Part shown: positions 40,653 through 51,000 of the stretch, piece after piece | How the letters are laid out: each line of letters starts with the position of its first letter | Numbering within the stretch: the stretch's first letter is position 1 | Assembly: GCA_965215265.1 (NCBI GenBank) | Contig: OZ244048.1 | Coordinates: 1,504,001-1,568,000 of the forward strand | Reading direction: 5' to 3' | Length of the DNA: 64,000 bases | From: Candidatus Poribacteria bacterium | Lineage (GTDB): Bacteria; Poribacteria; WGA-4E; WGA-3G | Position numbers and translations under genes: made by a program | The notes under the pieces: generated by a model | Databases searched by the model: none | What the model was told of the DNA's origin: nothing | The model's input: only the letters and a program-made list of their open reading frames with translations

Positions 40653-40978
40653 TTTTTCGTCTACAGGAGCCCAATGACGCTCTATGTTTTTTAAAAACTT
40701 GTGCCTGTGGTGGTGCCCACCCGCCCTTTTCCAGTCTCTTCTTTCAGGAGAGAGGAGTTGGGCGGGTGGGCACCAAAAATCTCGTCTGAGCCTCTTTATG
40801 CTATGCCCAAGGAATCTCCGACGAGATTTACACACGAGCTATCAATAGCATAAGCGTTGATGGTACGGAGATATACAAAAAAGCGATGTTTAGATTCAAT
40901 ACATCAGGAGGCTCTGGCGAGATTTATACAGTAATTTACAAAACATAAACCTTTATGGTACGGAGATATACAAAAAAA
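40653..40978. repeat. Composite repeat region: inverted and tandem ~44-bp subunits plus a 16-bp inverted repeat
   Basis: Minus-strand subunits at 40653-40690 and 40777-40800; plus-strand boxes at 40823, 40868, 40919, 40963; TGGTGCCCACCCGCCC (40711) / GGGCGGGTGGGCACCA (40760). Confidence 0.85.
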
Positions 40979-42550
40979 ATGAATGAAAAAAAAAGTGACA
41001 ATCTTAAACTTCTTTACGGAATTATCATCGCTATTGTTGCAGGTGCGCTTGTTGGGGGAGGGTTCCCAGGGGTAGCGGTGCATACGACGATACTCGGTGA
41101 AATTTTCTTAAACCTACTAAAAATGATAGTGATTCCATTGGTGATCTTCTCCATGATTACCGGTATCACGAATTTAGGCGACATTCGCCATATCGGTTCT
41201 ATCGGTGGTAGGACCGTGCTGTACTATATGGCAACCACGGGGCTCTCCGTGCTGGTGGGTATCCTTCTCGTCAACATTCTGCTGCCCGGCAAAGGCCTCT
41301 CGAAAGGTGAAGAGCATCCGGATTTGAATTATACGCTGAGCGGCGACATGTTGCAGAACGTCACATTAGCGGCTGAATTCAGTAGAAGTTATAACGACAA
41401 GTATGTCATCACCCTCACTGACCAGGGTGTCCGCGGTGAGTTAGGATCCATGTCGGGTACCACTGTCACCGTAAAATCATGGACACTACTGGATCCTGCT
41501 GCCAGATATGTGAGTACAGACAGTGGTGAACGTTTATTGTTCCTCGACGGGAAACCGGCCGAGATCCAACTTAACGCTAGTGGGCAAGGCGTTGACATCG
41601 GGCTTCCTATTGCTGGCAAAATACAAGACAAAAAAGAGCGGGATATGCTCAGCACCCTCAAGGAGGTGTTCCTCGGCAATCTGGAGACTGGAAAAGTGGG
41701 GATGATACCCGAAAATGTATTCAAGGCAATGGCTAATATGGATATTCTCCCCTTAATCTTTTTCTCAATACTTATCGGGGCCGCGCTTTCAGTACTCGGG
41801 GAGCCGGGGAAGCCTGTGATAGCGATGATTTCGGGGCTCAATGATGCCGTGATGCAGCTCGTTCACTGGATTATGTTTGTTGCCCCGGTCGGTATTTTCG
41901 GTCTCATTGCCGGCCGCATCGGAGAGGCAGATGGGTTTGTCGGTTTCTGGCCCGAACTCGTCGCCGTTGGAAAGTATAGTTTTACTGTACTACTAGGCCT
42001 CTCAATTCATGGAGCAATTGTCTTACCCGTAATACTCTTGCTGGTTGGTCGGAGAAATCCGTTAGATTATGTCAAGGGGATGGCAACGGCGCTCTTGAAT
42101 GCATTTTCAACCGCTTCTTCCAGTGCTACCTTGCCCCTCACGATGGAGGGAGTAGAGGAGGAGAACGGTATCTCAAATCGTACTTCGAGTTTTGTGCTGC
42201 CCTTGGGCGCCACAATTAACATGGACGGTACCGCATTATATGAAGCCATTGCAGTCATGTTCATTGCGCAGGTGTACGCGATAACGATGGAACCAGCGCA
42301 GCAGCTTATTGTTGTGCTGACTGCCACGCTTGCGGCGATTGGTGCAGCAGGAATCCCGGAGGCAGGCCTCGTCACAATGGTGATTGTGCTTCGTGCTGTC
42401 GATTTGCCGATTGAGGGAATTACCTTGATTCTCTCCGTGGATTGGTTGTTAGATCGGTTCCGGACGACTGTGAATGTTTGGGGCGATAGCATCGGGGCCG
42501 GTGTCATAGAGACATACGAACTGAAGGATTCTGTGGCAGAGAGTACTTAG
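40979..42550 (+). CDS. Dicarboxylate/amino acid:cation symporter (GltP/DAACS)
   Basis: FLNLLKMIVIPL, AFSTASSSATLP, LGATINMDGTALY, DRFRTTVNVWGD; likely start 40979. Confidence 0.93.
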   Translation: MNEKKSDNLKLLYGIIIAIVAGALVGGGFPGVAVHTTILGEIFLNLLKMIVIPLVIFSMITGITNLGDIRHIGSIGGRTVLYYMATTGLSVLVGILLVNILLPGKGLSKGEEHPDLNYTLSGDMLQNVTLAAEFSRSYNDKYVITLTDQGVRGELGSMSGTTVTVKSWTLLDPAARYVSTDSGERLLFLDGKPAEIQLNASGQGVDIGLPIAGKIQDKKERDMLSTLKEVFLGNLETGKVGMIPENVFKAMANMDILPLIFFSILIGAALSVLGEPGKPVIAMISGLNDAVMQLVHWIMFVAPVGIFGLIAGRIGEADGFVGFWPELVAVGKYSFTVLLGLSIHGAIVLPVILLLVGRRNPLDYVKGMATALLNAFSTASSSATLPLTMEGVEEENGISNRTSSFVLPLGATINMDGTALYEAIAVMFIAQVYAITMEPAQQLIVVLTATLAAIGAAGIPEAGLVTMVIVLRAVDLPIEGITLILSVDWLLDRFRTTVNVWGDSIGAGVIETYELKDSVAEST

Positions 42551-42676
42551 ATTCAAAACATAGAAAGGCTCAGGCGAGATTTATGCGAGGTTGCATATCA
42601 CATCTGTTGTGTTGTGCTGCAGTAGACGAAAGACGGTACGGAGATATACGAAAAGATGGTACCAAGATATACAAAA
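42551..42676 (+). repeat. Repeat-family copy between the two transporter genes
   Basis: CAGGCGAGATTTA at 42571, GTAGACGAAA at 42622, GTACGGAGATATACGAAAAG-ATG at 42636-42658. Confidence 0.8.
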
Positions 42677-44803
42677 AATCAACAGCATTCTCCTATTACA
42701 GGGACGACGATCCTCGCCATCATCACTGTTGTACTGGCGGCGGCTTGGATCGCGTTCGCCTATTATAAAGGCAGCGGCCCCATTCTGTTGTTGCATCCTA
42801 TTGTCGCTATCTTTCTGATCGTTCTGCTCATCCGGGTTTACCGGTGGATCGAGATAAAAATCATAGTCGGGTTAGAATTGCTGATGATCAGTTTGTGGCT
42901 TTTTGTCACCCTGCTTGATGTACTGATGCCGTTCCTACTCGGCTTCGGGTTTGCATATCTCTTCCGATTTCTCTTTCGTGCAATCCCCTTCTCGAAATCG
43001 TATCAACGTTGGATTGCGACTGTGCTAATCGTCTTTACTTGTGGGTTGCTTCTGTTTTGGACCGGGCGGCAGATAGGCCGTCAGGCTAGACAGATGAGCA
43101 ACGGCTTGCAAAGATTTTATTATGAATCGGTGCTACCCATTGTAGTTGGTGAAACGTTGGAGACAATGGCAGTTGATCGGATAGACGCAACATCCCCGGA
43201 TGCTGCCCCCCCGGATGTCTATCTCGGTACCAATCACGGTATCTATCGCCTCAATCCGAACCGGTCTGGAATCACAAATGGCGATATCGTCGGCAAACGG
43301 ATACAGACAATTGCTTTAACGGATAAGTTTATCTATGCGGGGACACCAGATGGACTTTATAGACGAGCGAAGACAGATGAGAAGGCAGTTTGGAAGAAAA
43401 TCGGTTTTGCAGATACGTCCGTTCAAACGCTCTGCACTATAGAAAGAGCTTCCACGCCAGAAATCTATGTCGGCACTTCTAAAGGGCTTTATAAAGGTGA
43501 TGGCGAAACGTGGTTACCCGTTGCTCCGGAGACATTTGGTGACATATCCATCGTGAGCGTCGTGAAAAGTCGACACAGCCTTTATGTCGCGGCCCGTCCA
43601 CCCAAATCCGCGTCGGCAGCTGCGGGCCCGCCCACCCGGAACCGGGCGGGCGGGCCCGCAGCACTGGATGGGACAAGGTTGTGGGTTCTGGAATTTTCAA
43701 GCATGATGTGGTCTGATTTCCCATCAAATGGGCTCCCGACAGTTAATATCCTCGCATCCGATGCCGATGCTATGTCGCCATTGCTGTCTGCAGGGACACC
43801 TACTGGCATCTATCAATTTAATGCGGAGCAGAATCTGTGGGAGGCCCGTGCAGGGGCAGAACACCTACCAGCATCTATTTCGCTATTAGGGTACTTAGGA
43901 GTTGGGCACCCGCCCAAATCCACCACCGAGCCGGCGCCCCAAGTTGACCGTCGTCAGTTCCTTTATGCCGGGGATAAGACTGTCATCCGGAGCAACGTTA
44001 CGGAGCAGTGGCCCCTGTTGGTTGAACAACATGTCGGTCTTCTTAACACTTATAAGGATTTGGATTTGGGAGGGGGGGAGCTCGGATTGCAGGTGAAGTC
44101 CTACCTGACGCAAAAGATACCGAGCCTTGCAGAAAGTACAGGCGACATTTTCAAGTGGAGTTCAGAGTTCGCCGGCTCGCTAGCCTTTAAGTTCGGCGGT
44201 TTTCTGGCTACAGTGACTTTCTCTTTCATTGTGTTTGTCTACGCCATTCAATCATTTGAGACCTATTTTCGCAATTTGACGCAGCTCATTCCGCATCCAC
44301 ACCGCGATGATGTCAGAACCTACCTGCGCGAGGTTGATGAGAACATGCAACAGTTTCTCAAAGGTCAATTCACAGTAATAGCGATCGTTTCTGTCGTCTC
44401 CTGCACGGCGTATTGGCTAATTGGGGTACCGTTCGCCCTGCTCATCGGCTTGTTGGCTGGACTCTGCAATGCGATTCCGACGTTCGGCCCGTTTATCGGC
44501 GGCGCGTTCGCGTTCACAGCGATGCTGATGGGATTGGCAGCAGGCGATTTCAGCATCATCGGGTTCCTGATACGTAGCGGTTTTGTGTTGGTGGCCATCC
44601 TCGGTATCCAGATGCTTGACAACTCGCTCATCTCGCCAAAAGTGATGAGCCGAGCCGTGGATGTCGATCCGTTGCTTATTATGTTTGGTGTCATTGTCGG
44701 TGGCGCTTTTCTCGGTTTTTGGGGTGTATTGCTAGCGATTCCGATTCTTGTTGTGATAAAATCCGTTATTCATGTCTGGCACACGCACGGAGTGGCAGGA
44801 TAG
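42656..44803 (+). CDS. AI-2E (PerM) family transporter with an inserted beta-propeller-like domain
   Basis: N-terminal TMs with PFLLGFGFAYL; YLGT..GIY, YAGT.DGLY, YVGTSKGLY repeats; C-terminal FLKGQ, NAIPTFGP, DNSLISPKVM, GFWGVLLAIP. Confidence 0.85.
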   Translation: MVPRYTKNQQHSPITGTTILAIITVVLAAAWIAFAYYKGSGPILLLHPIVAIFLIVLLIRVYRWIEIKIIVGLELLMISLWLFVTLLDVLMPFLLGFGFAYLFRFLFRAIPFSKSYQRWIATVLIVFTCGLLLFWTGRQIGRQARQMSNGLQRFYYESVLPIVVGETLETMAVDRIDATSPDAAPPDVYLGTNHGIYRLNPNRSGITNGDIVGKRIQTIALTDKFIYAGTPDGLYRRAKTDEKAVWKKIGFADTSVQTLCTIERASTPEIYVGTSKGLYKGDGETWLPVAPETFGDISIVSVVKSRHSLYVAARPPKSASAAAGPPTRNRAGGPAALDGTRLWVLEFSSMMWSDFPSNGLPTVNILASDADAMSPLLSAGTPTGIYQFNAEQNLWEARAGAEHLPASISLLGYLGVGHPPKSTTEPAPQVDRRQFLYAGDKTVIRSNVTEQWPLLVEQHVGLLNTYKDLDLGGGELGLQVKSYLTQKIPSLAESTGDIFKWSSEFAGSLAFKFGGFLATVTFSFIVFVYAIQSFETYFRNLTQLIPHPHRDDVRTYLREVDENMQQFLKGQFTVIAIVSVVSCTAYWLIGVPFALLIGLLAGLCNAIPTFGPFIGGAFAFTAMLMGLAAGDFSIIGFLIRSGFVLVAILGIQMLDNSLISPKVMSRAVDVDPLLIMFGVIVGGAFLGFWGVLLAIPILVVIKSVIHVWHTHGVAG
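43619..43662. repeat. 44-bp in-frame palindrome inside coding sequence
   Basis: 21-bp arms with one mismatch around AA; encodes AAGPPTRNRAGGPAA. Confidence 0.85.
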
Positions 44804-44883
44804 GTTCTTTGTCTGTCCTGAAGGACAGACACCCATTGGGAATACCGAACTTGCCAACCCGCTGGAAGCCGCTTTATGCTACG

Positions 44884-44964
44884 CTATGCCTAAGAAATCT
44901 CCGACGAGATTTACACACGAGCCCTCAAAAGCATAGACGTTGACGGTACGGAGATATACGAAAA
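44884..44964 (+). repeat. Repeat-family copy upstream of der
   Basis: Closely similar to 40801-40880; boxes at 44906 and 44951; ATG at 44969. Confidence 0.88.
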
Positions 44965-44968
44965 CGTT

Positions 44969-46345
44969 ATGAAACCAGAAGCAAATCAAAATTACCAACG
45001 ACCTTCTTCTCTGCCAGTTGTGGCGATTATCGGCAGGCCAAATGTCGGCAAATCCTCTCTCTTTAATCGCATCACAGCCGTTGCCAGCGGTGCAAAAACG
45101 GCGAAAAAAAAGGCCGTCGTTCACGATACTGCTGGGGTGACACGCGATAGAAACTACGCAGCTGCTGAATGGGCGGAACAGCGTTTTACGATTGTAGACA
45201 CCGGCGGCTTAGATACCGATGCGGACGATCGGCTGATTCATAACGTTCAGCTGCAGGTAGATACGGCGTTAGCCGAAGCGTCTCTAATCCTCTTCGTTGT
45301 TGATGCCCGGACCGGTGTGATGCCTCACGATAGCACCATTGCAGACAAACTCCGTGCTGCCAATAAACCGATTTTCCTCGTTGTCAATAAGGTAGATAGC
45401 GAAAGATTGCGTAACGATGCAGCGGAATTTTATGCCCTCGGATTGGGAGAGCCCCTTTTAATCTCGTGTATCCAGAACGAAGGTATTTTGTCGCTGCTGG
45501 ATGAAGTGATAGAGGAACTGCCAGAACCCGAGGCAGATGAGATAGGCGAAGCGGCGCGCTTGATAAAAATCGCGATGGTCGGAAGACCCAACGTTGGAAA
45601 ATCATCACTCATCAACAGGTTACTCGGTGAAGATAGGATGATTGTTGACGACCGGCCCGGAACGACACGGGATGCGGTTAATATCCGCGTGAGCCATGAT
45701 AATATCCCATTTGAAATTGTTGACACGGCAGGCATGCGGCGCAAATCTGCCATAAACGATGAATTGGAATCGGAAACCGTGCAGCGTGCCATCCACAGTA
45801 TCCGTCAAAGCGATATTGCAGTGCTCGTTTTAGATTGCACGCTTCCTGTTGCGCAACAAGATAAGACGATTGCCAATTTTATCCAGCGACACGGCAAAGC
45901 TTCCATACTCGCAATAAATAAATGGGATTTGATTGAAAAGGACAACACCACGCATGGTGCGTTTATGGAAATGCTCGCGATGCAGTTACCAGGGTTCGAG
46001 TATGTGCCCCGCGTCTTCGTTTCCGCCGTCACAGGACAGCGCGTGACTACGATTCTTGACGCTGCGCTTCAGGTATATCGCGAGTATTGTACGCGCATCC
46101 CGACACCGACGCTGAACCGGATGCTAGTAGAGTGGCGTAATGCCTATCCGCCGCCGCGTGTCAAAGGCGTCCGACCCGCACTCAAATATATCACACAAAT
46201 TGAGACAAAACCGCCGACGTTCCTGATTTTCGGACGGAATCTCCATCGAATCCGCCCACCATATCAGGCATACCTCGTTAACAACCTGCGCAAAGAATTT
46301 GGGTTCCACGGCACACCCATACGCATCTATTACCGACATTCATAA
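44969..46345 (+). CDS. der: Ribosome biogenesis GTPase Der (EngA)
   Basis: Two G domains (GRPNVGKSS twice; DTGG, DTAG; NKVD, NKWD) and KH-like C-terminus ...FGFHGTPIRI. Confidence 0.97.
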   Translation: MKPEANQNYQRPSSLPVVAIIGRPNVGKSSLFNRITAVASGAKTAKKKAVVHDTAGVTRDRNYAAAEWAEQRFTIVDTGGLDTDADDRLIHNVQLQVDTALAEASLILFVVDARTGVMPHDSTIADKLRAANKPIFLVVNKVDSERLRNDAAEFYALGLGEPLLISCIQNEGILSLLDEVIEELPEPEADEIGEAARLIKIAMVGRPNVGKSSLINRLLGEDRMIVDDRPGTTRDAVNIRVSHDNIPFEIVDTAGMRRKSAINDELESETVQRAIHSIRQSDIAVLVLDCTLPVAQQDKTIANFIQRHGKASILAINKWDLIEKDNTTHGAFMEMLAMQLPGFEYVPRVFVSAVTGQRVTTILDAALQVYREYCTRIPTPTLNRMLVEWRNAYPPPRVKGVRPALKYITQIETKPPTFLIFGRNLHRIRPPYQAYLVNNLRKEFGFHGTPIRIYYRHS

Positions 46346-46362
46346 CGCGAAAGGAGGGAGTC

Positions 46363-47337
46363 TTGTCCAGATTCAAAGTTTTTATCACACGTCCCATTCC
46401 GCAGCAGATTGTTGACGCGATGGCATCGGAATGCGAAATAGATATGTGGCACACGAGTGCCATCCTACCGCCCATTGCTGAAAAAATCGGCCCGCTTGAT
46501 GGTTTGATGACTTACGGGCATGAACCGGTTTCCGCTGAAATGATTAACACCGCTCCAAATCTGAAGGCGATTTCCGTCGTTGGAGTCGGCTACGACCATG
46601 TGGATGTGGCAGCATGCAGAGAACGCGGGATTGCCCTCGGGCACACGCCCGGCATCCTCAGCGATACGACTGCTGACATGACGATGGCGCTCTTGCTCGC
46701 TGCTTCGCGTAACATTGTGCCGGCTTACCGACATGTCCAATTGAACAAAAGGTGGAGCTACTACGATCCGAACATTCTCTGGGGTTACGACGTACATCAC
46801 GCCACGTTGGGCATCGTCGGGATGGGGCGCATCGGGTACGCCGTCGCAAAGCGGGCCTCCGCATTTGACATGCGCGTCCTCTATTACAAACGCAGCCGCA
46901 GGCATGATTGGGAAGAAGCGCTCGGTATTGAATACGCCCAACTTGAACAACTCCTCCAAACCGCAGATTTCGTGACACTCCACGTGCCGTTGACAGATGA
47001 AACGTACCATCTTATCGGAGCAAAGGAATTCAAACTCATGAAACCGACCGCCATTTTAGTCAATATCGCAAGGGGACCTGTGGTCGACCACGATGCGTTA
47101 TATAGCGCCTTGAGCGATGGGGAGATTGCAGGAGCTGCGCTTGACGTAACGGAACCGGAGCCTATTAACACAGATCATCCGCTTCTCACCCTGGATAACC
47201 TGCTCATCGCACCGCATCTCGGGAGCGCAACAATCCAGACACGCACCAAGATGGCGACTATGGCAATGGAAAACTTACTTGCTGGACTAAAAGGGGAACA
47301 GCTGCCTTACGCAGTGCTTCAACCAAAGCCTGCATAA
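46363..47337 (+). CDS. D-2-hydroxyacid dehydrogenase (glyoxylate reductase/D-glycerate dehydrogenase type)
   Basis: GIVGMGRIG, LHVPLTDET, NIARGPVVD, LDVTEPEP, PHLGSAT. Confidence 0.92.
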   Translation: MSRFKVFITRPIPQQIVDAMASECEIDMWHTSAILPPIAEKIGPLDGLMTYGHEPVSAEMINTAPNLKAISVVGVGYDHVDVAACRERGIALGHTPGILSDTTADMTMALLLAASRNIVPAYRHVQLNKRWSYYDPNILWGYDVHHATLGIVGMGRIGYAVAKRASAFDMRVLYYKRSRRHDWEEALGIEYAQLEQLLQTADFVTLHVPLTDETYHLIGAKEFKLMKPTAILVNIARGPVVDHDALYSALSDGEIAGAALDVTEPEPINTDHPLLTLDNLLIAPHLGSATIQTRTKMATMAMENLLAGLKGEQLPYAVLQPKPA

Positions 47338-47478
47338 AGCCCTCCGATTCGTTTTGCTTTTTTGAGCAATTGAAGGTTTCGTAAACTTACCTATCCTGCC
47401 ACTCGTCTGAGCGGTTTAGGGTTTTATTTCAGAGGGTTTTGCTTTAGATAATGATATTGGGTTTTGTCTGCCCGATTT

Positions 47479-47745
47479 TTAGAATATCGAAGACATCCCC
47501 ATTGACGCGAAAACTCCCACCCATCCAACTCCTGCGATTGTAGCGTTTACCAGCTCCACACTCTTAGGAACAATAATAGACTTTCGCTTGAAACGTCCGA
47601 ACCCCTGCCGCATTAAACCATTGTTCCGCTCAATGTGATGTGTTTCAGTTTTCGTCTGAATCAATACATCTGCTCGGATAAGACTCTTATACGGTTGCCA
47701 ATCATCGGTGTAATACACCTTCACTTGCCAGGGCACCAAGCGTTT
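47479..47745 (-). mobile_element. IS1-family transposase (InsB) remnant
   Basis: YTDDWQPY...TKTETHHIERNN..MR...RFKRKS; N-terminus missing. Confidence 0.7.
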
Positions 47746-47794
47746 GAGAAGTTGTGATCTATTTTTGCTTAAGGATACCTTATCTGTTTTTCGG

Positions 47795-47850
47795 TGTCAA
47801 TAAAAATCCATCTGATTTTTATTGACAGGTTTTTCAACATCTGTTATACT
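47795..47850 (+). promoter_or_regulatory. Strong sigma70 promoter with a 14-bp perfect inverted repeat over the -35
   Basis: TTGACA(47822)-17 bp-TATACT(47845) with extended TG; TGTCAATAAAAATC-catct-GATTTTTATTGACA. Confidence 0.7.
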
Positions 47851-47936
47851 TTAACTAATTATGAAATAAGTGAGTGTGATACCCCAAGGATTAAAGAGCC
47901 CAGAGTCGTATCATTATTTTACGAAAAACTCTCTTA

Positions 47937-48017
47937 TTTCAAAACCTCGAAGGGCTCCGACGAGATTTACACACGAGTACTCACGACATCAGCGATGACG
48001 GGACTGAAATATACGAA
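47937..48017 (+). repeat. Degenerate repeat-family copy abutting the helicase ATG
   Basis: CTCCGACGAGATTTACACACGAG, then GAAATATACGAA-ATG; boxes at 47962 and 48006. Confidence 0.8.
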
Positions 48018-51000
48018 ATGCCTAGAATTTTTGATAATATAGACCAGCAACTGCTACCCGAGCTTCAACAGACACTTGAAACCGCCACGCATGCAGATTT
48101 TTGTGTCGGCTATTTTAACCTGCGAGGGTGGAGAAAGGTCAATGCTTACATTCAGAAGTGGGGCGGTGGTGAAGGTGCATGTTGCCGCCTGTTAGTCGGG
48201 ATGCAACGATTGCCGCAAGAAGAGCTCCGCGAGGCCAGACGGCTCGATCAGCAGAGCCATGGCATAGACAATCAGAGCGCGAGTCGTCTCAAACGAAGAT
48301 TAGCAGAAGAGTTCCGAGAACAGTTGACCGTCGGTTTTCCGACGCGTGAGGACGAAAACGGTTTGCGTCAATTGGCACAGCAGATTCGTGACGAGAAGGT
48401 GAAGGTAAAACTATTTCTCCGACATCCGCTTCACGCGAAACTCTATCTGCTCTACCGATCTGACCCGATTACGCCAATTGTCGGCTACCTCGGCAGTAGC
48501 AACCTAACGCTTGCCGGCCTGTCCCAGCAAGGAGAACTCAACGTTGATGTTGTTGACTTAGATGCTTGCGAGAAACTAGCGGAGTGGTTTGAAGCACGTT
48601 GGGAAGACTGGTGGTGTATTGATATTTCGGATGAATTGGTCGAAATTATTGAACAGAGCTGGGCGCGTGAAGAGTTCATTCCGCCCTATCACATTTACAT
48701 TAAAATGGCGTATCATCTCTCACAGGAAGCGCGCGCCGGATTGACTGAATTTCAGATTCCGCGCGAATTTCAAGGCAAACTCTTTGAATTTCAGACCGCT
48801 GCTGTTAAAATCGCAGCGCATCACCTGAATAGACGCGGCGGGGTGCTCATCGGCGATGTTGTTGGGCTCGGCAAAACGCTCATGGGAACGGCCCTCGCGC
48901 GCATACAAGAAGATGATTACGGACTTGAAACCTTAATTATCTGTCCGAAAAACCTAGTCAAGATGTGGGAAAATTATCGATACGAGTATCACCTGCGTGC
49001 GAGGGTGCTCTCCATTAGCCGAGTCATCAATGAGTTGCCCAACCTTCGCCGCTATCGTCTCGTCATGATTGACGAAAGCCATAACCTCAGAAACCGTGAG
49101 GGCAAACGCTACAAGGCTATTCAGGAATATATCCACGAAAATGAGAGCAAGGTTATCCTCCTCTCTGCAACGCCCTACAACAAAACCTATCTGGATCTCT
49201 CTAATCAGCTCCGCCTTTTTGTAGACGAAACTGAAGACCTGGGCATCCGTCCAGAGCAATATATCAAGAGGTTAGGTGGTGAAAGCGAGTTTATTCGCAA
49301 ACACCAAAGTGGGGCCCGGACGCTAAAAGCGTTTGAACAGAGCGAGTACATTGACGATTGGCGTGAACTGATGCGCCGGTATCTTGTCCGCCGCACGCGC
49401 AGTTTCATCATGGAGAACTACGCCGAAACCGAGCCGGAGACAGAACGCAAGTTCCTCGCCTTTGCCGATGGGACGTGCTCCTACTTCCCGATACGCGTTC
49501 CAAAAACAGTCCAGTTCTGCATTGATGAAGCAGACCCGGACGATACCTACGCCCAGTTATATTCTGCTTATGTTGTGAACATCATTAGCAATCTCAAACT
49601 GGCGCGATACGGACTCGCCAATTACATTCTTGATACGCCCACGGAACCGCCGACACAAGCAGAGCAGCAACAGTTGAATAACCTCTCCCGTGCTGGGCAA
49701 CGGCTGATCGGCTTCAGCCGGACGAACCTTTTCAAACGTCTTGAAAGTAGCGGGCAGGTGTTCATCCAGTCCGTAGCTCGGCACATCCTACGAAACTATA
49801 TTTTCCTCCACGCCATCGAGAACGACCAGCCGCTGCCAATTGGCGGACAAAACGCTGAAATGCTCGATCCTCGTTTCTACGATGGAGATACTGACGATGT
49901 TAATTTTACTTCAGATCCGTTTGATGAAGACGATGATGAGACACAAATTGATAGGACTCACGCGCAACCCACGTCCAATACAGTTGATTCCTTCAAACAG
50001 CGCGCCGCAGATGTCTATCAACGGTACACGACAGAATATAAGAGCAGGTTCAAGTGGATGCGTCCTGATCTTTTCCGGGGCTCGCTTCACGAAGAGCTGA
50101 CTGAAGACGCACACGCGCTACTAGACATCTTGCAACGGTATGGCGACTGGGATACCGAGAAAGACGCAAAACTCAACGCGCTTGAAAACCTCTTAACCCA
50201 GGTACACCCGGAAGATAAAGTATTGGTTTTCACCCAGTTTGCGGATACGGTGAAGTATTTGACAGATACCCTCTCAGCGCGCGGACTAACACAAATCGCT
50301 GCGGTAACCGGCGATTCGGCAGATCCCACCGCTTTGGCACACCGCTTTAGTCCTATTAGCAACAATAGTAAGGCGGAAGATGAGCTGCGAGTACTGATTA
50401 GCACTGATGTGCTGAGTGAAGGACAGAATTTACAAGATTGTTCAATTGTTGTCAACTACGACTTACCGTGGGCAATTATACGGTTGGTTCAACGCGCCGG
50501 ACGCGTCGACCGGATAGGTCAACACGCTGAAAATATTTTGTGCTATTCGTTTTTACCTGCAGACGGAGTGGAACGCATTATTAACTTGCGCGGTCGTGTG
50601 CGTACACGGTTGCTTGAAAACGCTAAAGTTGTGGGAGCCGACGAGGCATTTTTTGAAGATGACGGGGTACGTGGTGAAGAGGCAATTCTTAACCTTTACC
50701 ACGAGCAGGCAGGCTTGCTTGATGATGAACAGGACAACGATGTCGATCTTGCCTCGTACGCTTATCAGATTTGGAAAAACGCCATTACACAAGATGCATC
50801 CTTAGAACGAATCGTTTCTGAACTCCCCGCTGTCGTCTATTCAACCCGGTCGCATGAGCCAACGGAACCGGAGCCGGAAGGCGCGCTGGTTTACATCCGG
50901 ATAGGGCAGGAAAACGACGCGCTGGCATGGATAGCCCGAGATGGACAGAGCGTCACGGAATCGCAGTTCGCAATTCTCCAAGCCGCAGCGTGTGAACCAG

